A stretch of 64,000 nt of DNA from Eledone cirrhosa. Its lineage: Eukaryota. The notes under the pieces were generated by a model that did no database searches, was not told the DNA's origin, and was given only the letters and a program-made list of their open reading frames with translations. Every line of letters begins with the position of its first letter. Within the stretch, counting starts at the first letter, position 1. Of the stretch, positions 1 to 11,152 are shown piece by piece. The position numbers and the translations under genes were made by a program. Where the stretch lies: NCBI GenBank assembly GCA_964016885.1, contig OZ024741.1:262756001-262820000 (forward strand). Reading direction: 5' to 3'.

Positions 1-90
1 GACATACGAGTGTTTTGACTTACGGGTGTTTCGGCTTACGAGTGTTTCGACTTACGAGTGTTTCGGCTTACGAGTGTTTCGACTTACTAA

Positions 91-3000
91 TGTTTTTACT
101 TACGAGTGTTTCGGCGTACGAGAGTTTTGACTTACGAGTGTTTCGACTTACGAGTGTTTTGACTTACGAATGTTTTGACTTACGGGTGTTTCGGCTTATG
201 AGTGTTTCGACTTACGAGTCTTTCGGCTTACGAGTGTTTCGACTTACTAATGTTTTTACTTACGAGTGTTTCGGCGTACGACTGTTTCGACTTACGTGTG
301 TTTCGACTTACGGGTGTTTTGACTTACGGGTGTTTCGGCTTACGAGTGTTTCGACTTACGAGTGTTTTGACTTACGGGTGTTTCGACTTACGAGTATTTT
401 TGGCTTACGAGTGTTTCGACTTACGAGTGTTTTGACTTACGAGTGTTCTGATTTACGGATGTTTCGACATACGAGTGTTTCGACTTACGAGTGTTTCGAC
501 TTATGAGTGTTTCGACTTACGAGTGTTTCGGCTTACGAGTGTTTCGACTTACGAGTGTTTTGACTTACGGTGTTTCGGCTTACGAGTGATTCGACTTACG
601 AGTGTTTTGACTTACGGGTGATTTGACTTACGGGTGTTGTGAATTACGAGTGTTCCGATTTACGAGTGTTTTGACTTACGATGTTTCGGCTTACGAGTGA
701 TTCGACTTACGAATGTTTTGACTTACGGGTGTTTCGGCTTGCGAGTGTTTCGACTTACGAGTCTTTCGGCTTATGGGTGTTTCGACTTACTAATGTTTTT
801 ACTTACGAGTGTTTCGGCGTACGAGTGTTTTGACTTACGAGTGTTTCGACTTACGAGTGTTTCGACTTACGAGTGTTTCGGCTTACGTGAGTTTCGACTT
901 AAGAGTGTTCTGATTTACGAGTGTTCTGACTTGCGGGTGTTCTGATTTACGAGTGTTCCGACTTACGAGTGTTTCGGCTTATTATTGTTTCGACTTACGA
1001 GTGTTTCGGCTTACGAGTGTTTCGACTTATGGGTGTTTCGACTTACGAGTGTTTTTACTTACGGTGTTTCGGCTTATGAGTGTTTCGACATACGAGTGTT
1101 TTGACTTGCGGGTGTTTCGACTTACGAGTGTTTTGACTTACGAATGTTTTGACTTACGGGTGTTTCGGCTTACGAGTGTTTCGACTTACGAGTGTTTCGG
1201 CTTACGAGTGTTTCGACTTACTAATGTTCTTACTTACGAGTGTTTCGGCGTACGAGAGTTTTGACTTACGAGTGTTTCGACTTACGAGTGTTTCGACTTA
1301 CGAGTGTTTTGACTTACGAATGTTTTGACTTACGGGTGTTTCGGCTTACGAGTGTTTCGACTTACGAGTCTTTCGGCTTACGAGTGTTTCGACTTACTAA
1401 TGTTTTTACTTACGAGTGTTTCGGCGTACGAGTGTTTCGACTTACGAGTGTTTCGACTTACGGGTGTTTTGACTTACGGGTGTTTCGGCTTACGAGTGTT
1501 TTGACTTACGAGTGTTTTGACTTAAGGGTGTTTCGACTTACGAGTATTTTTGGCTTACGAGTGTTTCGACTTACGAGTGTTTTGACTTACGAGTGTTCTG
1601 ATTTACGGATGTTTCGACATACGAGTGTTTCGACTTACGAGTGTTTCGACTTATGAGTGTTTCGACTTACGAGTGTTTCGGCTTATGAGTGTTTCGACTT
1701 ACGAGTGCTTCGGCTTACGAGTGTTTCGACTTACGAGTATTTCGGCTTAAGAGTGTTTCGACGTACGAATGTTTTGGCTTACGAGTGTTTCGGCTTATGA
1801 GTGTTTCGGCTTACGAGTGTTTCGACTTACGAGTGTTTCGGCTTACGAGTGTTTCAGTGTTTCGGCTTACGTGTGTTTCGACTTACGAGTGTTTCGACTT
1901 ACGACTGTTTCGGCTTACGAGTGTTTCGGCTTACGAGTGTTTTGACTCACGAGTGTTTTGACTTACGATTGTTTGGCTTACGAGTGTTCTGACTTACGGG
2001 TGTTCTGATTTACGAGTGTTCCGACTTACGAGTGTTTCGGCTTATGAGGGTTTCGACTTACGAGTGCTTCGGCTTACGAGTGTTTCGACTTACGAGTGTT
2101 TCGGATTACGAGTGTTTCGACTTACGAGTGTTTCGACTTACGAGTGTTTTGACTTACGGTGTTTCGGCTTACGAGTGTTTCGACATACGAGTGTTTTGAC
2201 GTACGGGTGTTTCGACTTACGGGTCTTTCGACTTAAGAGTGTTTCGACTTACGAGCGCTTCGACTTACGAGTGTTTCGACTTACGAGTGTTTCGGCGTAT
2301 GAGTGTTTTGACTTATGAGTGTTTCGACTTACGAGTGTTTCGACTTACGAGTGTTTCGACTTACGAGTGTTTCGGCTTACGAGTGTTTCGACTTACTAAT
2401 ATTTTTACTTACGAGTGTTTCGGCGTACGAGAGTTTTGACTTACGATTGTTTCGACTTACGAGTGTTTCGACTTACGAGTGTTTCGACTTACGAGTATTT
2501 TGACTTACGAATGTTTTGACTTACGGGTGTTTCGGCTTACGAGTGTTTCGACTTACGAGTCTTTCGGCTTACGAGTGTTTCGACTTACTAATGTTTTTAC
2601 TTACGAGTGTTTCGGCGTACGAGTGTTTCGACTTCCGAGTGTTTCGACTTACGGGTGTTTTGATTAACGGGTGTTTCGGCTTACGAGTGTTTTGACTTAC
2701 GAGTGTTTTGACTTAAGGGTGTTTCGACTTACGAGTATTTTTGGCTTACGAGTGTTTCGACTTACGAGTGTTTTGACTTACGAGTGTTCTGATTTACGGA
2801 TGTTTCGACATACGAGTGTTTCGACTTACGAGTGTTTCGACTTATGAGTGTTTCGACTTACGAGTGTTTCGACTTACGAGTGTTTCGGCTTATGATTGTT
2901 TCGACTTACGAGTGTTTTGACTTACGGTGTTTCAGCTTACGAGTGTTTCGACTTACGAGTGTTTTGACTTACGGGTGTTTTGACATACGAGTGTTTCGAT

Positions 3001-6000
3001 ACGAGTGTTCTGACTTACGAGTGTTCTGACTTACGAGTGTTTTGACTTACGAGTGTTCTGACTTACGAGTGTTCCGACTTACGAGTGTTCCGACTTACGA
3101 GTGTTTCGGCTTACGGGTGTTTCCTGCTTACGAGTGTTTCGACTTACGAGTGTTTTGACTTACGGTGTTTCGGCTTACGAGTGATTCGACTTACGAGTGT
3201 TTTGACTTACGGGTGTTTTGACTTAAGGGTGTTGTGAATTACGAGTGTTCCGATTTACGAGTGTTTTGACTTACGGTGTTTCGGCTTACGAGTGATTCGA
3301 CTTACGAATGTTTTGACTTACGGGTGTTTCGGCTTGCGAGTGTTTCGCCTTACGAGTGTTTCGGCTTATGAGTGTTTCGACTTACTAATGTTTTTACTTA
3401 CGAGTGTTCTGACTTACGAGTGTTCCGACTTACGAGTGTTCCGACTTACGAGCGTTTCGGCTTACGAGTGTTTCGATTTACGAGTGTTTCGACTTACGAG
3501 TGTTTTGACTTACGGTGTTTCGACTTACGAGTGATTCGACTTACGAGTATTTTGACTTACGGCTGTTTTGACTTACGGGTGTTGTGAATTACGAGTGTTC
3601 CGATTTACGAGTGTTTTGACTTACGGTGTTTCGGCTTACGAGTGATTCGACTTACGAATGTTTTGACTTAAGGGTGTTTCGGCTTGCTAGTGTTTCGACT
3701 TACGAGTGTTTCGGCTTATGAGTGTTTCGACTTACTACTGTTTTTACTTACGAGTGTTTCGGCGTACGAGTGTTTTGACTTACGAGTGTTTCGACTTACG
3801 AGTGTTTCGAATTACGAGTGTTTCGGCTTACGTGAGTTTCGACTTAAGAGTGTTCTGATTTACGAGTGTTCTGACTTGCGGGTGTTCTGATTTACGAGTG
3901 TTCCGACTTACGAGTGTTTCGGCTTATGAGTGTTTCGACTTACGAGTGTTTCGGCTTACGAGTGTTTCGACTTATGGGTGTTTCGACATACGAGTGTTTT
4001 GACTTACGTGAGTTTCGACTTAAGAGTGTTCTGATTTACGAGTGTTCTGACTTGCGGGTGTTCTGATTTACGAGTGTTCCGACTTACGAGTGTTTCGGCT
4101 TATGAGTGTTTCGACTTACGAGTGTTTCGGCTTACGAGTGTTTCGACTTATGGGTGTTTTTACTTACGAGTGTTTCGGCGTACGAGAGTTTTGACTTACG
4201 AGTGTTTCGACTTACGAGTGTTTTGACTTACGAATGTTTTGACTTACGGGTGTTTCGGCTTATGAGTGTTTCGACTTACGAGTCTTTCGGCTTACGAGTG
4301 TTTCGACTTACTAATGTTTTTACTTACGAGTGTTTCGGCGTACGACTGTTTCGACTTACGTGTGTTTCGACTTACGGGTGTTTTGACTTACGGGTGTTTC
4401 GGCTTACGAGTGTTTCGACTTACGAGTGTTTTGACTTACGGGTGTTTCGACTTACGAGTATTTTTGGCTTACGAGTGTTTCGACTTACGAGTGTTTTGAC
4501 TTACGAGTGTTCTGATTTACGGATGTTTCGACATACGAGTGTTTCGACTTACGAGTGTTTCGACTTATGAGTGTTTCGACTTACGAGTGTTTCGGCTTAC
4601 GAGTGTTTCGACTTACGAGTGTTTTGACTTACGGTGTTTCGGCTTACGAGTGATTCGACTTACGAGTGTTTTGACTTACGGGTGATTTGACTTACGGGTG
4701 TTGTGAATTACGAGTGTTCCGATTTACGAGTGTTTTGACTTACGATGTTTCGGCTTACGAGTGATTCGACTTACGAATGTTTTGACTTACGGGTGTTTCG
4801 GCTTGCGAGTGTTTCGACTTACGAGTCTTTCGGCTTATGGGTGTTTCGACTTACTAATGTTTTTACTTACGAGTGTTTCGGCGTACGAGTGTTTTGACTT
4901 ACGAGTGTTTCGACTTACGAGTGTTTCGACTTACGAGTGTTTCGGCTTACGTGAGTTTCGACTTAAGAGTGTTCTGATTTACGAGTGTTCTGACTTGCGG
5001 GTGTTCTGATTTACGAGTGTTCCGACTTACGAGTGTTTCGGCTTATTATTGTTTCGACTTACGAGTGTTTCGGCTTACGAGTGTTTCGACTTATGGGTGT
5101 TTCGACTTACGAGTGTTTTTACTTACGGTGTTTCGGCTTATGAGTGTTTCGACATACGAGTGTTTTGACTTGCGGGTGTTTCGACTTACGAGTGTTTTGA
5201 CTTACGAATGTTTTGACTTACGGGTGTTTCGGCTTACGAGTGTTTCGACTTACGAGTGTTTCGGCTTACGAGTGTTTCGACTTACTAATGTTCTTACGAG
5301 TGTTTCGGCGTACGAGAGTTTTGACTTACGAGTGTTTCGACTTACGAGTGTTTCGACTTACGAGTGTTTTGACTTACGAATGTTTTGACTTACGGGTGTT
5401 TCGGCTTACGAGTGTTTCGACTTACGAGTCTTTCGGCTTACGAGTGTTTCGACTTACTAATGTTTTTACTTACGAGTGTTTCGGCGTACGAGTGTTTCGA
5501 CTTACGAGTGTTTCGACTTACGGGTGTTTTGACTTACGGGTGTTTCGGCTTACGAGTGTTTTGACTTACGAGTGTTTTGACTTAAGGGTGTTTCGACTTA
5601 CGAGTATTTTTGGCTTACGAGTGTTTCGACTTACGAGTGTTTTGACTTACGAGTGTTCTGATTTACGGATGTTTCGACATACGAGTGTTTCGACTTACGA
5701 GTGTTTCGACTTATGAGTGTTTCGACTTACGAGTGTTTCGGCTTATGAGTGTTTCGACTTACGAGTGCTTCGGCTTACGAGTGTTTCGACTTACGAGTAT
5801 TTCGGCTTAAGAGTGTTTCGACGTACGAATGTTTTGGCTTACGAGTGTTTCGGCTTATGAGTGTTTCGGCTTACGAGTGTTTCGACTTACGAGTGTTTCG
5901 GCTTACGAGTGTTTCAGTGTTTCGGCTTACGTGTGTTTCGACTTACGAGTGTTTCGACTTACGACTGTTTCGGCTTACGAGTGTTTCGGCTTACGAGTGT

Positions 6001-6952
6001 TTTGACTCACGAGTGTTTTGACTTACGATTGTTTGGCTTACGAGTGTTCTGACTTACGGGTGTTCTGATTTACGAGTGTTCCGACTTACGAGTGTTTCGG
6101 CTTATGAGGGTTTCGACTTACGAGTGCTTCGGCTTACGAGTGTTTCGACTTACGAGTGTTTCGGATTACGAGTGTTTCGACTTACGAGTGTTTCGACTTA
6201 CGAGTGTTTTGACTTACGGTGTTTCGGCTTACGAGTGTTTCGACATACGAGTGTTTTGACGTACGGGTGTTTCGACTTACGGGTCTTTCGACTTAAGAGT
6301 GTTTCGACTTACGAGCGCTTCGACTTACGAGTGTTTCGACTTACGAGTGTTTCGGCGTATGAGTGTTTTGACTTATGAGTGTTTCGACTTACGAGTGTTT
6401 CGACTTACGAGTGTTTCGACTTACGAGTGTTTCGGCTTACGAGTGTTTCGACTTACTAATATTTTTACTTACGAGTGTTTCGGCGTACGAGAGTTTTGAC
6501 TTACGATTGTTTCGACTTACGAGTGTTTCGACTTACGAGTGTTTCGACTTACGAGTATTTTGACTTACGAATGTTTTGACTTACGGGTGTTTCGGCTTAC
6601 GAGTGTTTCGACTTACGAGTCTTTCGGCTTACGAGTGTTTCGACTTACTAATGTTTTTACTTACGAGTGTTTCGGCGTACGAGTGTTTCGACTTCCGAGT
6701 GTTTCGACTTACGGGTGTTTTGATTAACGGGTGTTTCGGCTTACGAGTGTTTTGACTTACGAGTGTTTTGACTTAAGGGTGTTTCGACTTACGAGTATTT
6801 TTGGCTTACGAGTGTTTCGACTTACGAGTGTTTTGACTTACGAGTGTTCTGATTTACGGATGTTTCGACATACGAGTGTTTCGACTTACGAGTGTTTCGA
6901 CTTATGAGTGTTTCGACTTACGAGTGTTTCGACTTACGAGTGTTTCGGCTTA
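91..6952 (+). repeat. Higher-order block duplication: about 91-2892 repeated at about 4155-6952 (offset 4064, then 4060 after a 4-bp deletion near 5293)
   Basis: Identical ORF-track translations at 202/4266, 697/4761, 1689/5749 and 2479/6539. Shared rare variants include TTATTATTG, TTTCAGTG and GATTAACG. Confidence 0.9.
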
Positions 6953-9900
6953 CGTGAGTTTCGACTTAAGAGTGTTCTGATTTACGAGTGTTCTGACTTG
7001 CGGGTGTTCTGATTTACGAGTGTTCCGACTTACGAGTGTTTCGGCTTATTATTGTTTCGACTTACGAGTGTTTCGGCTTACGAGTGTTTCGACTTATGGG
7101 TGTTTCGACTTACGAGTGTTTTTACTTACGGTGTTTCGGCTTATGAGTGTTTCGACATACGAGTGTTTTGACTTGCGGGTGTTTCGACTTACGAGTGTTT
7201 TGACTTACGAATGTTTTGACTTACGGGTGTTTCGGCTTACGAGTGTTTCGACTTACGAGTGTTTCGGCTTACGAGTGTTTCGACTTACTAATGTTCTTAC
7301 TTACGAGTGTTTCGGCGTACGAGAGTTTTGACTTACGAGTGTTTCGACTTACGAGTGTTTCAACTTACGAGTGTTTTGACTTACGAATGTTTTGACTTAC
7401 GGGTGTTTCGGCTTACGAGTGTTTCGACTTACGAGTCTTTCGGCTTACGAGTGTTTCGACTTACTAATGTTTTTACTTACGAGTGTTTCGGCGTACGAGT
7501 GTTTCGACTTACGAGTGTTTCGACTTACGGGTGTTTTGACTTACGGGTGTTTCGGCTTACGAGTGTTTTGACTTACGAGTGTTTTGACTTAAGGGTGTTT
7601 CGACTTACGAGTATTTTTGGCTTACGAGTGTTTCGACTTACGAGTGTTTTGACTTACGAGTGTTCTGATTTACGGATGTTTCGACATACGAGTGTTTCGA
7701 CTTACGAGTGTTTCGACTTATGAGTGTTTCGACTTACGAGTGTTTCGGCTTATGAGTGTTTCGACTTACGAGTGCTTCGGCTTACGAGTGTTTCGACTTA
7801 CGAGTATTTCGGCTTAAGAGTGTTTCGACGTACGAATGTTTTGGCTTACGAGTGTTTCGGCTTATGAGTGTTTCGGCTTACGAGTGTTTCGACTTACGAG
7901 TGTTTCGGCTTACGAGTGTTTCAGTGTTTCGGCTTACGTGTGTTTCGACTTACGAGTGTTTCGACTTACGACTGTTTCGGCTTACGAGTGTTTCGGCTTA
8001 CGAGTGTTTTGACTCACGAGTGTTTTGACTTACGATTGTTTGGCTTACGAGTGTTCTGACTTACGGGTGTTCTGATTTACGAGTGTTCCGACTTACGAGT
8101 GTTTCGGCTTATGAGGGTTTCGACTTACGAGTGCTTCGGCTTACGAGTGTTTCGACTTACGAGTGTTTCGGATTACGAGTGTTTCGACTTACGAGTGTTT
8201 CGACTTACGAGTGTTTTGACTTACGGTGTTTCGGCTTACGAGTGTTTCGACATACGAGTGTTTTGACGTACGGGTGTTTCGACTTACGGGTCTTTCGACT
8301 TAAGAGTGTTTCGACTTACGAGCGCTTCGACTTACGAGTGTTTCGACTTACGAGTGTTTCGGCGTATGAGTGTTTTGACTTATGAGTGTTTCGACTTACG
8401 AGTGTTTCGACTTACGAGTGTTTCGACTTACGAGTGTTTCGGCTTACGAGTGTTTCGACTTACTAATATTTTTACTTACGAGTGTTTCGGCGTACGAGAG
8501 TTTTGACTTACGATTGTTTCGACTTACGAGTGTTTCGACTTACGAGTGTTTCGACTTACGAGTATTTTGACTTACGAATGTTTTGACTTACGGGTGTTTC
8601 GGCTTACGAGTGTTTCGACTTACGAGTCTTTCGGCTTACGAGTGTTTCGACTTACTAATGTTTTTACTTACGAGTGTTTCGGCGTACGAGTGTTTCGACT
8701 TCCGAGTGTTTCGACTTACGGGTGTTTTGATTAACGGGTGTTTCGGCTTACGAGTGTTTTGACTTACGAGTGTTTTGACTTAAGGGTGTTTCGACTTACG
8801 AGTATTTTTGGCTTACGAGTGTTTCGACTTACGAGTGTTTTGACTTACGAGTGTTCTGATTTACGGATGTTTCGACATACGAGTGTTTCGACTTACGAGT
8901 GTTTCGACTTATGAGTGTTTCGACTTACGAGTGTTTCGACTTACGAGTGTTTCGGCTTATGATTGTTTCGACTTACGAGTGTTTTGACTTACGGTGTTTC
9001 AGCTTACGAGTGTTTCGACTTACGAGTGTTTTGACTTACGGGTGTTTTGACATACGAGTGTTTCGATACGAGTGTTCTGACTTACGAGTGTTCTGACTTA
9101 CGAGTGTTTTGACTTACGAGTGTTCTGACTTACGAGTGTTCCGACTTACGAGTGTTCCGACTTACGAGTGTTTCGGCTTACGGGTGTTTCCTGCTTACGA
9201 GTGTTTCGACTTACGAGTGTTTTGACTTACGGTGTTTCGGCTTACGAGTGATTCGACTTACGAGTGTTTTGACTTACGGGTGTTTTGACTTAAGGGTGTT
9301 GTGAATTACGAGTGTTCCGATTTACGAGTGTTTTGACTTACGGTGTTTCGGCTTACGAGTGATTCGACTTACGAATGTTTTGACTTACGGGTGTTTCGGC
9401 TTGCGAGTGTTTCGACTTACGAGTGTTTCGGCTTATGAGTGTTTCGACTTACTAATGTTTTTACTTACGAGTGTTCTGACTTACGAGTGTTCCGACTTAC
9501 GAGTGTTCCGACTTACGAGCGTTTCGGCTTACGAGTGTTTCCGGCTTACGAGTGTTTCGATTTACGAGTGTTTCGACTTACGAGTGTTTTGACTTACGGT
9601 GTTTCGACTTACGAGTGATTCGACTTACGAGTATTTTGACTTACGGCTGTTTTGACTTACGGGTGTTGTGAATTACGAGTGTTCCGATTTACGAGTGTTT
9701 TGACTTACGGTGTTTCGGCTTACGAGTGATTCGACTTACGAATGTTTTGACTTAAGGGTGTTTCGGCTTGCTAGTGTTTCGACTTACGAGTGTTTCGGCT
9801 TATGAGTGTTTCGACTTACTACTGTTTTTACTTACGAGTGTTTCGGCGTACGAGTGTTTTGACTTACGAGTGTTTCGACTTACGAGTGTTTCGAATTACG

Positions 9901-10104
9901 AGTGTTTCGGCTTACGTGAGTTTCGACTTAAGAGTGTTCTGATTTACGAGTGTTCTGACTTGCGGGTGTTCTGATTTACGAGTGTTCCGACTTACGAGTG
10001 TTTCGGCTTATGAGTGTTTCGACTTACGAGTGTTTCGGCTTACGAGTGTTTCGACTTATGGGTGTTTCGACATACGAGTGTTTTGACTTACGGGAGTTTC
10101 GACT
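6917..10104 (+). repeat. Higher-order block copy of about 850-4020 (offset 6067, later 6084); also creates a ~2007-bp tandem duplication with about 4950-6950
   Basis: Matching ORF-track entries at 953/7020, 1689/7756, 2832/8899, 3684/9768 and 5749/7756. The switch point is visible at about 6950. Confidence 0.88.
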
Positions 10105-11083
10105 TACGAGTGTTTTGACTTACGAATGTTTTGACTTACGGGTGTTTCGGCTTACGAGTGTTTCGACTTACGAGTGTTTCGGCTTACGAGTGTTTCGACT
10201 TACTAATGTTCTTTCTTACGAGTGTTTCGGCGTACGAGAGTTTTGACTTACGAGTGTTTCGACTTACGAGTGTTTCGACTTACGAGTGTTTTGACTTACG
10301 AAAGTTTTGACTTACGGGTGTTTCGGCTTACGAGTGTTTCGACTTACGAGTCTTTCGGCTTACGAGTGTTTCGGCGTACGAGTGTTTCGACTTACGAGTG
10401 TTTCGACTTACGGGTGTTTTGACTTACGGGTGTTTCGGCTTACGAGTGTTTCGGCTTATGATTGTTTCGAATTACGAGTGTTTTGACTTACGGTGTTTCA
10501 GCTTACGAGTGTTTCGACTTACGAGTGTTTTGACTTACGGGTGTTTTGACATACGAGTGTTTCGATACGTGTGTTCTGACTTACGAGTGTTCTGACTTAC
10601 GAGTGTTTTGACTTACGAGTGTTCTGACTTACGAGTGTTCCGACTTACGAGTGTTCCGACTTACGAGTGTTTCGGCTTACGAGTGTTTCCGGCCTACGAG
10701 TGTTTCGACTTACGAGTGTTTTGACTTACGGTGTTTCGGCTTACGAGTGTTTCGACTTACTAATGTTTTTACTTACGAGTGTTTCGGCGTACGAGAGTTT
10801 TGACTTACGAGTGTTTCGACTTACGAGTGTTTTGACTTACGAATGTTTTGACTTACGGGTGTTTCGGCTCATGAGTGTTTCGACTTACGAGTCTTTCGGC
10901 TTACGAGTGTTTCGACTTACTAATGTTTTTACTTACGAGTGTTTCGGCGTACGACTGTTTCGACTTACGAGTGTTTCGACTTACGGGTGTTTTGACTTAC
11001 GGGTGTTTCGGCTTACGAGTGTTCCGACTTTACGAGTGTTTCGGCACACGAGTGTTTCGGCTTACGAGTGTTTCGACTTACGA

Positions 11084-11152
11084 AAATAACATATAGACGT
11101 GGTTTCAAATCTCTATGCTTTTCAAATTCATTACATTAATCTATATTTATAC
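11084..11152. other. 69-bp AT-rich interruption of the satellite, copy 1 (most divergent copy)
   Basis: AAATAACATATAGACGTGGTTTCAAATCTCTATGCTTTTCAAATTCATTACATTAATCTATATTTATAC lies between GACTTACGA and GTTTC. It differs from copy 3 at 4 positions. Confidence 0.95.

Noticed and set aside
301-317. Canonical CENP-B box
   Set aside because: The spacing between TTCG and CGGG is 5 nt instead of 7, so it does not meet the consensus. It is kept only as a resemblance in the findings.
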